DNA of 64,000 nt from Octopus vulgaris (GCA_951406725.2 OX597817.1:120404001-120468000), one strand, 5' to 3'. Positions 49,161-63,394 are shown, counted from the first letter of the stretch. Numbers and translations are program-made. Notes: generated from the sequence alone by a model not told the origin.

Positions 49161-50271
49161 TCCAAATGCACAGACATTTCTCCATCAAACGAAGAATTTA
49201 GTAAATAACTTTGTTGTTACTAAGCTAGTGTCTGGAAGTCGAATCAATATGAAATTTTAATGGAAGATTTTAAATGGAATGTCTGCACCATAGAATCAGA
49301 AGTGATCACAGACAAGTTAGTATCAAAAGGGTTAGAGTAAAACATTAGCTGATGTAAACTTGTGTTTGGAGCATAAGCTAACATGAAATTTTGATAAAAG
49401 CTTTTAATTTACACCTCTTTAAACAGAAAATTTGTATCACAGAACCAACAGCATTCCCAGGTAGCTTGGTATCAAAAGAGTTAATCACACAAAGAACTAA
49501 TACTTATAGTTTTGGCCCATTATGCAGTATTTTTTAATTGCACTTTTAAGCTGACTTTAATAGTCATTTCTTTGAGTCTGATATTCATCCATTTGAGCTT
49601 GATAAAATAGGTATCTGTTGTTGCTATTGCCTAACCCCAAAGTCAGCTTCATTGAGCAGAACTATGATCAAAAAAGCATACCACCAATTTCCATTATCGT
49701 TTTGGCTACCAAAGAATAAACTGTTTCATGGATGCTGCTTTATTTTTGATGGTAGCATGTGATCCAAGGGAGACTTAGCTAATATATTTAGCAATTTCAG
49801 CCTCAGCATGCTGGTTTTTCTAATCGGTTTGAATTTGTACATATGGTATACAACAGAAAAATTCCATTCCTTCCTAGCAAATACTGGCTTTCGCTTTCTT
49901 TTTGTTTAGAAGAGAGAAATATCTCCTCTAAATTTGATTGTGTATAGTGAAATAAAAATATTACACAAATTGACAAAAACTTACAAGGTTAGCAAAACGT
50001 TTTGTTACAATGATCACGAAATGTATTTTAATGAATGCATATATGCACACATGTCTGTTTTGTGTACATTCATGAAAATATAGTCAAGGAGTCTTTTTAT
50101 GCTTTGGGTGTTTAATATATGTGTGTGCATGTATGAGCAGATGTGCATGTAGTGTATGTATGTGATGTGCCTCTGTCTCTGTCTGTCTGTCTATATATAC
50201 ATGTATGCACATGTTTACATGTATATAATATATATATGCACATATGTATGTATGTATGTAAATATTTATGC

Positions 50272-50307
<36 letters not shown>

Positions 50308-50829
50308 TCAACAGTTTATCTGTTCTTGGGTATTCAAGATTCAAGGTCACTGAATTTTCATCAGTGTGATATTCAAATAAACAAAGAAATCCATCAGAAT
50401 CTCAAAGAATTCCAGCAGGAACAAAAAAGCTCAAGCTGTGCTCGTATATAATTACCATTCAACATGCATAAATATCCGTTGAGTATGTATTACATCCTGC
50501 TCATTCTGCAAATGATCACAAATTTATACATACCTATGCATTTTCAAAGCAAATCAAATAATTATTCTATGTTCAACTTTCTACTATTATAAATAGCAAG
50601 AACTGTACGGAAGGACTTGATAGTATGTTTGCAGGTTATTGACAGATGGTTACTGATTATTATTATTATTTTGTAAGTGTTGTGAGCTGGTTGTGAAAAT
50701 GCGAGAGATACTCGGTCGCGAAGTGCATGAGTTGGAAAACTTCAACAGAATGCACCCATTTAAATGTAAATATGACATATAAATACATGTATAGATAACA
50801 TAAACACATGTACACACACACATATATAT

Positions 50830-50869
<40 letters not shown>

Positions 50870-51190
50870 GTATATATATGTGTATGTATGCAAGTGAGGA
50901 CCCTTGAAGCAGGCAAGGGATTGGTGGGTAATTATTCGCTTGTTATCATTTTGCTTCCCTTTCCAGTTGATGCTAGGGAGAGCTGAGAGGGTTTTGAATT
51001 TAAACAAAATTATCCCATTAACTGTGGTAACATACAACAAAATTATTGCTGTTTCATCAAGGGTAATAAAAAAAATACAATCAGCAATTTGATTAATTTT
51101 AAATATACAAACATTCATACAAACATATATGCACCTCTACACAAACATAAATATATGTGTGAGAGTGTGTATATATAAATATATATATAA

Positions 51191-51229
<39 letters not shown>

Positions 51230-51593
51230 CAAATACATGCATATACATAAATGTATGCATATATAAATAAGTACATGTGCACAGATGCATGTGCATATAT
51301 ATCCACTCACACATACAATACATATTTACTTACAAGTACCTTCAGATTTAGAAATGCTTTCAAACTGACAATGGTACCTTCACAGATACATGCACACATT
51401 TGAAATAATACATACACACACACACACACACATACACACACACACACACACATACACACACACACATATAAATATATATGCCAGCAGCATGGCTGCAGTC
51501 AAGTGACTTACACACGTGAAAGAATATCCATACATACATATATAATATAATATATATATATATATATATAATATAATATATATTATATAATAT

Positions 51594-51695
<102 letters not shown>

Positions 51696-51985
51696 TACAT
51701 ACACACAAATATTAATGGGCACACAGACATTCACACATATACTTGCTTGATTACAATTACATCTATAGAAACAAAGATAAATCTATAGATATGTCTATAC
51801 ATTCAAAAATATATATCTATATATTCACACTGATAAAATGATTCACGCACACATACATGCAGAAAAACACACACTTACAAATAAATACATATGTGCTCAC
51901 ACATATACAAATATATGTACACACAGATATGTATGTGTGCATATGTGTGTATATGTATGGGCAGACAAAAAAACATCTCCATTGA

Positions 51986-52140
51986 TACACAGGCAAATAT
52001 ACGCATACTCACAAATACACATAGACACACAGGAAAATATAGACATACTCACAAATACACATAGACACACAGGAAAATATACACATACTCACAAATACAC
52101 ATAGACACACAGGAAAATATACACACACTCACAAATGCAC
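51986..52140. repeat. 40-bp minisatellite, ~4 units
   Basis: ATAGACACACAGGAAAATAT(A)(G/C)ACA(T/C)ACTCACAAATACAC at 52021, 52061 and 52101. Confidence 0.95.
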
Positions 52141-52724
52141 TTGCATAGACATGCATATGCAGACACACTTGTATATTCACATAATCATATGTATGAAATT
52201 ATAGCAAAGTGTTAAGGAAATCAATCCCCAAGCTCACTGATTATTAAAAGCTGTATGCAAAAATGAAGGCATGCGTATTCATGTTTCGGGTAATGGCTCT
52301 TTCCTCCCCTCACTCTTCATGTATCTTCGCTCAATCAATGCAATTTCGCTCACAGATTCTAATTATTCATGACTATTGGTAAAAAAAAAAAATGTTAAAG
52401 AATAATAAATAAATAGATAAATAAATAAAAAACAATATCATGATAGCAATCAACCAGTAGAATAGTTAATGAACCCCAAATCAGTAATCGGTTGTTGAAA
52501 TGATATTTAAGATATAGGCATACTGGAAGTTCTGTTAGTTCAGTTTTTAGCCATTCTATAATAGGAAGAGAGACAATGGGTGATGATGGTTGTTGTTGAA
52601 GGAGAAATAAATGTTAAGTGTTAGGGCTTTGAGTATGATAAATAAATAAATTAATATTATGAAAAAATTATTGTGTCAATAGATTCAGAACTGAACTGTC
52701 ATTTTGTGCATTTTGTATTGGTTT

Positions 52725-53105
52725 CTCATTGTCATCGTTGCCATAGTCATCATCACCGTGTTCATCATTGATGTTGTCATCATCATCACCACAAGCACCA
52801 TCACTGCTACCAATACTAATACCACCATCATCATCATCATCATCAGCATTGTTATCAACACCACTACTACATCATTACTACTACCAATGCCATCACCACC
52901 ACCACCACCACAAGCACCATCACTGCTACCAATACCAATACCACCACCTTCACCCTTTATCATCATCAGCAGCAGCATTGTTATCAACACTACCACCACC
53001 ACCACCACCACCGTCATCCTTATCATCATCATCTTCACTGTCATCATCATCATCATCATCATCATTGTCAATATCACATCATCATTATCATTGTTTTCAT
53101 CATCA
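52725..53105. repeat. (CAT/CAC)n low-complexity tract with a ~120-bp internal duplication
   Basis: CACCACAAGCACCATCACTGCTACCAATAC at ~52787 and ~52906. Confidence 0.9.
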
Positions 53106-53859
53106 TATTTATTTTACATCATCAAAGTCACGTAACAGTTGCTGTGGTAATTGTTTATATTATTATTGTTGTTGTTGTTGTTATTGTTGTTGTCATGGTT
53201 ATGTGTTCGGGATCATTAATGATGCTGATTAGCTTAGACAGTGAAGGTGAGTTGATGTCAACTGATGTGGAAAGAACACGAGTGAGTGGGTTGGCTGAAT
53301 AAGGGTATGCCTAGAGGGAATTCGAAAAGGATATTGCCAGGGAAATGATACAAACAAATATGGTCAAAAGCTCAGACCTTTGTGATACAATAAAACTACA
53401 AGTATTGATAATAATAATCACCTACTACAATAATATTCTTGTGTTTTTCTCCGTCACAACATATGAATGAAAAAGGAAGGAGCGATAGATGATTAAGGAA
53501 GGAAGGAGTGATGGCAAACTGGTAGTGGGAGTGTTTCAAATCTGTGTGAGTATATGTGTATGCATATAAAAGGAGCTATGTGAATGTTTGTGTGTGTGTG
53601 TGTGTGTGTACAATGGAAGGGGGATGGTGAACATTCAATGCTGAAAGGAAAAAATCAAACAGCGTTTCAACTCAGTATGAGTGCTTGTACAAAGGAAGTA
53701 TGTGAACGTTTGTATGTGAACCAGTGTTCTTTAAGTAACAAAAGATGATCAATGTCCCATCTCAAAAGACAAGTGTTTTAATTTGATTTATCATCCATAT
53801 TTATATATAAAATACTGCAACTAACCATCATTTTTGATGGCATGGGCCAGTGTGTATGA

Positions 53860-54423
53860 TAATAATCGTTGCTAAAAAGAAGTAGTACAAGACCAAAAAT
53901 TTTTGTTGGAGGAGGTAGTTGACCAGATCAACTCCAGTATTGGGTTGGTGGAATTTTAATTTATAGACCCCACAACTTTGAGAGGCAAAGTTAACTGCAA
54001 TAGGTTTTAAACTCAGAACTTAAAGGATGTAAGATCTGTGTTGTATCTGTGTTGTCAATGAGAAAAACAGTTCTGAAATCAAATTCCACAGAGGTCGACT
54101 TTGCCTTTCACTCTCTTGATGTCATTGAAGTAAGTACCTGATGAGTACTAAGGGTGGTGTAATCAAATTGCAGGCCTTGTGTTAAAATTTGAAATTACCA
54201 CTGCCACCACTGATGGCAGGCTGGCAGAATCGTTAGCACACCAGGAAAAATGCTTAGTGGTAGTTCATCTATGTCTATGTTCTGAATTCAACTTCTGCCA
54301 AAGTTGACTTTGCCTTTCATCCTTTCAGGGTTGATAAATTAAGTACCAGAGAAACACTGGGGTCGATGTAATTGACTAGTTCCCTCCCCCAAAATTTCAG
54401 ACCTTGTGCCCTTAGTAGAAAGG

Positions 54424-54467
<44 letters not shown>

Positions 54468-54695
54468 CATCATCATCATTAAGACGGTGAGCTGGCAGAA
54501 CCATTAGCATGCTGAATGAAAGACTTAGTGGTACTTTGCTCGTCGCTACGTTCTGAGTTCAGATTATGCCAAGGTAGACTTTGCCTTTGATTCTTTCAAG
54601 GTCGATAAAATAAGTACCAGTTGAACACTGGGGTTGATGTAATTGACTCATCTCCACCTTTCCCAAGCTGCCCTAGTGGCAAAAATTTGAAATAA
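53860..54695. mobile_element. Cluster of four SINE family-B copies (one minus, three plus)
   Basis: GACTTTGCCTTT core at ~54097, ~54305 and ~54577 on plus; reverse copy at ~53880-54030. Confidence 0.8.
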
Positions 54696-54726
54696 TAAAA
54701 ATTATAATAAATGATTATAATAAATA

Positions 54727-55432
54727 ATTGAGTGGGAGAGCAGTGCATGACATCAAATTGACACTGGGGTAAAATATATGAAGCCCAAAATACCCATCAT
54801 GACTACCTATCTGATAAGAGTACACTAGGCACATGCATCACAACCATATGTGTGTGTAACATGGTGATCTTATATCAAGATTAACAGTGCCTGACCTAAC
54901 AGGTAGGGCCCAGTTACAATTTTCTTCAAGTTGAGTTGCCCATCCCACTCAAAAGGTTCCTGAATAAGGGTTGTTTAACGATATTGAACACAACACTCAT
55001 GCTTCCAGAGGTGAATTCATATCAACACATGGCTACGATGCTCCCCCACTACTTCTGCTTCTGATTAGAGATGCACATATTGCTAGCCACCAAGGGACAT
55101 GCTCAACTGATTATGGTCCAACAACTGACAAGCTAATCTGTGGCATTGAGCAGAATATTTGCTGTAGCCCATCTTTTATGCCAAGACAAAACAATGTGCA
55201 TGATAGCTCTTCCACTCAGTTAAGCTGAGAAGCCATGAGAGTCATTGCCTGGTACTGCATCAGGGCATCTCAAATGGTTATGGTCAAACCATCAAATCTA
55301 TGGTTTTGAGCAGAATATTTGCTGTAGCTCATCTTTTAAATAAAGACAAGACAAAACAATGTACATGATAACACTTCCAATCAGTTAAGATGAGAAACCA
55401 TGAAAGCCATTGACTGGTACTGCATCTGGGCA
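54727..55432 (-). mobile_element. ORF-less repeat embedded in TAA-rich tracts, with a ~167-bp terminal duplication (possibly a non-autonomous R4-like derivative)
   Basis: Flanked by TAA-rich and (TTA)n sequence; GAGCAGAATATTTGCTGTAG...GGTACTGCATC.GGGCAT is repeated at 55101-55268 and 55269-55432. Confidence 0.6.
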
Positions 55433-55880
55433 TTTATTATTATTATCATCATTATTATAAGTTGTAGCAGTAGTAATAGTTGTAGTAGCAGCAGCAGCAG
55501 CAGTGGCAGCCACAGTAGTAGTAGTAGTAGAATAGTGGATGCTAGAGTTGCTAGAGAGTTGAATAAAATGCTTTGAAAAGATATTTTGACAATTTTATTT
55601 ATACCACAGACAGCTATGAATCAAAACTGGCATAAACACCATCAAAAGGTCAGCTTTTCTTGAAACTGTAAATATTCTAAGGAAAGCACTGTCTGTATTC
55701 TGTGTGAAGTGTTTATAGATAATGATTGAAACAAATATATTTTACTGTTTTCCAGTATTTAACACCTGTATTTTTTTTATGTAAATATGACCAAATAAGT
55801 AATACTTATAACTGCAACAAGGGCAATGAATTGTCAGAATTGGTAGTTGAAAATGTGCTTACAACAGCTACTTGCATGAC

Positions 55881-56447
55881 CTAACCCTTTTGCATTCAAA
55901 CTGGTAACGTCTGACCCAAATATTCTGCCTGTTTTATGTTCAAACTGTCATGGTCCTGGCTCTTACCCCTACCCAACAATGCCATGCTAAAAATACGCAA
56001 TATCATCAAAATCACAAAGCTACGAGATAATGCATGATTAATTCAAAACAGTGTGAATAAATAAGTATTATATTTGAGAGGAAGGTGCATAGCTTAGTGG
56101 TTAGAGTATACAGTTCATGATCATAAGGTCATAAGTTCAATTCCTGGTGATGTGTTGTGTCCTTGAACAAAACACTTTATTTCACATTGCTCCTGTCCAC
56201 TCAGCTGATGAAAATGAGTAGAACCTGTATTTCAAAGGGCCAGCCTTGTCACATTCTGTGTCATGCTGAATCTCTCCGAGAACTACAGTAAGGGCACACA
56301 TGTCTGTGGAGTGCTCAGCTGCTTGCACATTAATTTCATGAGCAAGCTGTTCCATTGATCAGATCAACTGGAACCCTCATCATCATAACAGACAAAGTTC
56401 AGCAGTGCTAGACATTTGTAAGAGTAATCTTAATGTTAAAGAATTAA
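55881..56447. mobile_element. TTAA-CCC type MITE interrupted by SINE family C
   Basis: CTAACCCTTTTGCATTCAAAC...CAAATATTCTGCCTGTTTTATGTTCAAACTG, as at 17300; ends GTTAAAGAATTAA. Confidence 0.6.
56082..56403 (+). mobile_element. SINE family C (tRNA head, Meta-like core), full length
   Basis: GGTGCATAGCTTAGTGGTTAGAG...AGTTCAATTCC...GTTGTGTCCTTGAACAAAACACTTTATTTCAC...GATCAACTGGAACCCTC. Confidence 0.85.
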
Positions 56448-56476
56448 TGTTGTCAATTCAAATCCTCACTAAAGTC

Positions 56477-56880
56477 GCAGGAGTGGCTGTGTGGTAAGTA
56501 GCTTGCTAACCAACCACATGGTTCCGGGTTCAGTCCCACTGCGTGGCATCTTGGGCAAGTGTCTTCTACTATAGCCTCAGGCCGACCAATGCCTTGTGAG
56601 TGGATTTGGTAGACGGAAACTGAAAGAAGCCCGTCGTATATATGTATATATATATATATGTGTGTGTGTGTGTTTGTGTTTGTCCCCCTAGCATTGCTTG
56701 ACAACCAATGCTGGTGTGTTTACGTCCCTGTCACTTAGTGGTTCGGCAAAAGAGACTGATATAATAAGTACTGGGCTTACAAAGAATAAGTCCCGGGGTC
56801 GATTTGCTTGAGGCGGTGCTCCAGCATGGCCGCAGTCAAATGACTGAAACAAATACAAGAGTAAAAGAGTAAAGAGTAAA
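56477..56880 (+). mobile_element. SINE family A, full length, young (CpG-rich)
   Basis: GCAGGAGTGGCTGTGTGGTAAG...GGTTCCGGGTTCAGTCCC...(AAAGAGT)n tail. Confidence 0.92.
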
Positions 56881-56913
56881 GTCATCAGATTTTCCCTTTT
56901 ATTCTTCTAGGCA

Positions 56914-57128
56914 TACTCTTTTACTTGTTTCACTCATTTGACTATGGCCATGCTGGAGCACCGCCTTTAGTTGAGCAAATCGACCCCAGGACTTATTCCT
57001 TGTAAGCCTAGTACTTATTCTATCAGTCTCTTTTTGCCGAACCGCTAAGTTATGGGGACGTAAACACACCACCATCAGTTGTCAAGTGAAGTTGGGGGGG
57101 ACAAACACAGACACACAATCATATACGT

Positions 57129-57169
<41 letters not shown>

Positions 57170-57342
57170 AACATATATACGATGGGCTTCTTTCAGTTTC
57201 CGTCTACCAAATCTACTCACAAGGCTTTGGTCAGCCCGAAGCTATAGTAGAAGACACTTGCCCAAGGTGCCATGCAGTGGCACTGAACCCAGAACCATGT
57301 GGTTCGTAAGCAAGCTACTTACCACACAGCCACTACTGTGCC
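56914..57342 (-). mobile_element. SINE family A, full length, tail-to-tail with the previous copy
   Basis: Reverse complement of the preceding element over its whole length. Confidence 0.92.
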
Positions 57343-58010
57343 TGCATGATAACTTTTTTCTTTTTATTATCAGTACAAGGCCTGACAAGGGGAAAAGGGT
57401 ATAGTTGATTACATCAGCCTCAGTGCTCAACTGGTATTTTTTTTACCAATTCCATAAGAATAAAAGACTGTCATCTTTGACAATCTAAACTCAGAATGTA
57501 GAGAATGAAAAGAAATGCTGGCAATAATTTTGTCTGATATGCTAACAATTCTACCTCCTTGCCTCCTCTCTAGTCCTGATTAAAAGCAAGTACCAGTTAT
57601 CAATCATACTCTACTAATTAAATTTGTGTCATTAAGTCAATGTTTGAAACCAATAATTAGCAATGTATAAAAGTGGCAAGTTGAGTGACAGAAATTGATA
57701 GAGCAATGGATAAAATGTTTTGTAGTATTTAGTTGTGTCATAGATATTTTTCTAAGTTCAAATCCACCAATGGTGAACTGAATCTTTCATCCTGGTATCA
57801 GTAAAAATAAATACCAGTAAAATACTAGGGTTGAATTCCTCCTCCACATCATCGTTTTAACATCCATTCTTTCATGCTTGCTTGGGTCACATGAAATTAG
57901 TTGAGTGGCAGTGGTAATGGTAGTGGTGATGAAGATGATAACATGGTCATTAAGCAAATACATAACAATTTTTCTAAATGGGAATTTTTTTAAATACATT
58001 CATACATACA

Positions 58011-58042
<32 letters not shown>

Positions 58043-58792
58043 AAACCAGTGTTCATGTTACACAGTAAAGTGAAAGTAGAAGAATAAATAAAATACACAC
58101 ACACATAGACACATGTACACAAGCACACACATACATCCACACACACACATAAACAGAGAAAGAAATAAGCCACCAATTAACTTCTAGGTAAAATTATAAT
58201 TCTATGAGAAAATATATTTTCAATAAATATTTATTTCTGCTGTTCTGCACATTAAAATATAAAATGTTCTTTTGAAAAGCAGATTATTTCTATATTATGT
58301 GTATAATATTGTTGTGATTACTGTGAAAGTACAACATTTTGGGGGTTCTAATGATGTTGAAAATACTACAAAAATCTACAGAAATTTAATTGGAAAAATA
58401 GAAAAGAATAAAAATTATAAAAGAAAATTTCTTTTAAATGCTGTTTCTGTATTCAGTCTTTTATCTCATTTACTAATATCATCGTTATCATCATCATTAA
58501 CGATGTTCTTGTTTTCATCATTATCACTCACATCATAATCCCCCTCAACACCATCCTCCTCCTCATCATTCTGTCGTCTTCTTCCTTCTCCTCCTCCTGC
58601 TCCTCCCCCTTGTCATCATCATTATCAACATCACCACACCAGTGTCCCCAACCTTAGTGCCACCATCACCAGCACCACCATCACAATTGCCACCATCACC
58701 ACTGTCATCCTCCTCATCATCATCATCAATTTCATCATCATCATCATCATCATTACCCTCATCCTCAGTACCACCATCATCAGCACCACCAT

Positions 58793-58978
58793 GAGTTGTA
58801 CCTGTAATTCAAAGGGTTGACCTTGTCTCACTCTATCCCACTGAATCTCTCTAAGAACTATGTTAAGGGTATATGTGTCAGTGGAGTGTTCAGCCACTTG
58901 CATGTTAAACTCACGGGTAGGCTGTTTGATTGATTGTATCAACTGGAACACTAGTCATCATAACCGATGCAGAGCCAG
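58793..58978 (+). mobile_element. SINE family C, 3' part
   Basis: GAGTTGTACCTGTAATTCAAAGGG...GTGGAGTGTTCAGCCACTTGCATG...ATCAACTGGAAC. Confidence 0.75.
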
Positions 58979-59592
58979 GCCAGAGAAATTTTGAACACAT
59001 TACTTTTAAGGTCTATGGATTAGATATGTGAGTAGTTGCGAGCAGAAAACTGTGAAAATATATTACAGTGAAATATATTAAGGAATTGAGGGAATAGAGC
59101 AAATAGAGGAACAGAATAGAAGAGAGCAAATCAATTTTATTTTCCTCAAAAGGATCTTATACAAAATTTCAGAAAGGATATGAAGATTTGGTTATGTAAA
59201 ACTATAGGGGAATTAACAAGTAATAAATAAGAATGCATTTAACAATGGTTTCAAATTTCGTGACTCTTCATTAGGTTTATATTGATGTGTCAAAATCAAT
59301 AAACATTGTCAACAACATTGCCCATGGGGAAGATCTTTAAAGTTCTTCAGTAACTTAACTTAGTGAAAAGGCAACGAAATAATCCTCAATCAGATCACTG
59401 CTATCTTTGAAATATGAGCTACAATCTCAGAATTATATGTTACAGAATAAAACATGATACCTTGACACCACCACCAATGATAAATACAGAGGAACAGCGA
59501 TATTGCCTGCATTAGCTGTAGCTATCAACTAGGGAACTTCAGTGTGGTTGTTAGAAATATATGCCAAATCTCTTTCAGATCACATATACCAC

Positions 59593-59800
59593 CTTAGCCA
59601 TTTAGTATTCAGGTTACTCTGTCAAATATAATGCTTATGTATTGACATGCCTGATTTCATAGCTTTGAGATTTTGATGATGTGATTGTTTATTGTTTAAA
59701 ATCACACTGTAGGTGCAAAAGGCAAGATACGACCAGTTTGAATATAAAACAGGTAAAATATTTTGGCCAGATATGACTGCTTTAAATACTAAAGAGTTCA
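59593..59800. mobile_element. TTAA-type MITE in opposite orientation to 17300 and 55881
   Basis: CAGTTTGAATATAAAACAGGTAAAATATTTTGGCCAGATATG is the reverse complement of the MITE body. Confidence 0.6.
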
Positions 59801-60319
59801 ACCTTTTGTTACTATATTTCTGTTTATGTTACCATTCTTTCAATTAATTTTAAAGACAACAAAGATTTAATCAAATACCTTTGTCCCTAATAACCTGATA
59901 TTTACAAGATGTTTTGCTGAAAGCTTTTAATTGAGATCATTTAAAAACAAGAGGTGTATATCAGATAACAAGAGGTAGTTTCTGGCAGAGACAATGAAAA
60001 GGGTTGATAGAATACCACATCAAATAACAGTTTATAACATATGAAAATAACTAAATGTGCCTCACACAAAATATCAACTCTACCATCACTAGCATCGCCA
60101 TCATCACCACTGTCATCATAATCATTGCTCTCAACCAAATGGTCAAGACTTGAAGGTCTCTGACCATAGACCAGCTTAATCATAGCTAGCATGGAGCTGA
60201 ATAAGAACAACAGTTATAAAAGCAGTTGATACTTATCTCATGTACCATGGTATGATTTGATCTCAGAAACCAGAAGGATGAAATTAAATGTTATTCTGTA
60301 TCAGTGTTTTTTTTTTTTT

Positions 60320-60560
60320 TGCCTGACTGCTAAGTTACAGGGATGTAAACAAACCAACACTAGTTATCACGTGGTAGGAAGGAACAAACACAAGCTCAAA
60401 GACACACACATACACACACACATGAATGCACTCATAAAACAGGCTTCCACACAGTTTCTATACATCATATTCACTCATGAAACATTGGTGCTGCACAATG
60501 GGACTGAACATGAAACCATGTGATTGCGAAGCAAGTGTCTTAACCACACAGCCATGCTCA
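60320..60560 (-). mobile_element. SINE family A, partial
   Basis: CTGCTAAGTTACAGGGATGTAAAC...GGGACTGAAC...TAACCACACAGCCATG. Confidence 0.7.
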
Positions 60561-61499
60561 TGCTTTTGTAGATAAATACTACAAAGTATTTACAACGATG
60601 TATTACTGCTTCTGCCACTTCATCACTCTTACATAATAATAAACATAAACGTGATTGAATTAATAACAATAAGGAGTTGTAAACTCCCTCCTGTCCCTTA
60701 TAGAATTTTTATTCTTTAGGGGTTGATAATAATATGCTGAAATTAAGGCAATGTGACTAAAGAAACAAAAAATATACAAAGGAATTGCTATAATGTTTTA
60801 TTTTGTTTTGTATTGTATTTAATATCACCTTCTTGTAGTTACTGTCGTATTAAAGCATTATCAGATAAAAGAATGAAAGAATAATAGAATGTGTTGACAG
60901 GAATGCATTCACTTGTTCCAGTATAACATTGGATAAAAGAGAATTGGTACTGCTAATTCAGTATGGCTATCATTGAAAGAGAACACCTGGTTTCTTCTAT
61001 AAATAGTTGTCCAATTCTCATAGAAATAAAGAATAGGGGACTGAAGGCACCAGCAAGAGACATTAACATTCCACAACCTGACAAAATCCATATGTGCGTG
61101 TATATATATATAGATATGTATATGTGTGTGTCTCTGTGCATGTGTGTCAGTGTGTGTGTGTGTGTGTGTGTGCATTTCAATATGGATAACATTTGTGCAG
61201 GTAAACATATATGCACGATACCTAATATACATAATTATATTACACATACCATACACATATATACATCCCACTGCATATACATATATATATATACACATAT
61301 ATGTGTGTCTGTGTATTCCTATATGTGTATACATGTATATATGCATCTATCTATAATATCATACATTATATATATTTATTTATATATATATATTTATACA
61401 TACATGCATATATATGTGTGTGTGTGTGTATGTGTGTGTGTGTATGTGTATGATATCTGTATGTATATATGTAGGAATGTATATATATATATGTGTGCA

Positions 61500-61538
<39 letters not shown>

Positions 61539-62304
61539 GTGTATATATATGTGTGTGTGTGTGTATACATTTATATGTAGATATGCAAGTTGGTCTAAGC
61601 ATAAGCATTATGTTGGATCATATACAGAGATTGTATTGTAAATGTATGTATAGATAAATGTATAGATAGTCATATATACATTGTATATACAATGTATATA
61701 TTAGTATCTGTACATTTATTTGCATATATGTATATGCATGTGTGTATGAGGATGTGCATTGAATGCATATTTATATATGTATAGGTAAATATGTGTGTAC
61801 ATGCAAGTTTGTACATGTGTGTGCATGTTTTCATGCATACATGTGTTTATGCGTATATATCTCTGTAAACATCTATATACTTTCTGTGGATATATGCACA
61901 TTAGGTTACACATGTTATCTGAGTGTCGGCACATGTTTAAAGGTAGGTTTTCTAATGTATTACTCAGAGACAGCATTTATTTGTGAACTTTCCCAATTCA
62001 TTATATATCAGGTATAATTATTTAATTCACTATCTGTGTACTGCCTATTATTCCTTTAGTTAACCTTTTATCTACCTCTATATTTACATATCTCGATATT
62101 TATTATACTAGTTAGTATATTTTAATATGGTATATGGTTACAAAGTAGTTTTATGTTACAAGAAATGACATTGATTACTCTGACTAGCTCTAATTTATTG
62201 ACATCATAATTTATAGATAAATCACTTTCACTGTTATGAATAGCATTTGATCCTTATTTTACAATCACAAATAAATATTCTGAACCAACAACTGCATTTT
62301 AAGA

Positions 62305-62705
62305 TACCTTTTACCTATTGCTTGCTTCAGTCATTAGACTGCAGCCATGCTGAGATACCTCCTTGAAGAGATTTTAGTTGAATGAATCGACCTCAGTACT
62401 TATTTCTTATTTTGTGTCTGGTACTTATTTTATCTGTATCTTTTGCCAAACTGCTAAGTTATGAGAATGTAAACACATCAACACCGGTTATCAAGCAGTG
62501 GTGGCAGATAAACACAGACTCAAATACACACACATACACATACGTGCATTTCTTTCAGTTTCCGTCTATCATATCTGCTCACAAGTCTTTGGTTGATCCA
62601 AGGCTATAGTAGAAAACACTTGCCCAAAGTGCCTCACAGTGGGACTGAACCCAGATCCATGTGGTTAGGAAGCATACTTTTTAACCACACAACCACATCT
62701 GTGCC
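62305..62705 (-). mobile_element. SINE family A, full length
   Basis: TTCAGTCATTAGACTGCAGCCATGCTG...ACACTTGCCCA...GGGACTGAACCC...TAACCACACA. Confidence 0.85.
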
Positions 62706-62869
62706 CACAAGATAGAAGATAATTAGTTTTGGATGAGCTATAGAATTGCCAAAACATTAAATCTCTAAAATATGAAAATTTACTCTTAAAGTTGTCTTCG
62801 GGTTTCTGATCCTTTCCATCTTTGATTCAAGAATTTTCTTTTTGTGTGTGTATACATGTACGTACGTAC

Positions 62870-62900
<31 letters not shown>

Positions 62901-63068
62901 TGTATGTATGTATGTATGTATGTATGGATGGATGTATATATATATACATACACACACACACACATATAAGATCATCATCATTTAACATCCATTGTCCATA
63001 CTGGCATGGGTTGGATGGTTTGACCAGAGCTGGTATATATGTGTATGTGTGTATTCATATATATATAC

Positions 63069-63129
<61 letters not shown>

Positions 63130-63394
63130 GTAACTATGCATTATAGTACTCAGACTTCTCTTTGTACAATAAAATGCCAGTGCAACACCTCATCATGGAG
63201 AACTATGATCAAATACTGAGAATCAGAGCACATTGCAGTGGAAGCAACCTCTGCATTAGCAGGAACTGTAGTGGTTGGTAGTGGAAAGCAAAGTGGAACA
63301 TAGCTTAACAAGAACAATACTCATACATACACACCTACAAACAAGCAAATTCATATATTTAGTATAGGTGTAAATCACATATTAAAGAATTAAA

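Noticed and set aside
50325-50370. Minus-strand CTGATGA...ATTCA/TGAAT as a hammerhead
   Set aside because: GAAA and stems I and III are missing.
51986-52140. CRISPR-like array
   Set aside because: Contiguous 40-bp units with no unique spacers, in a eukaryotic context.
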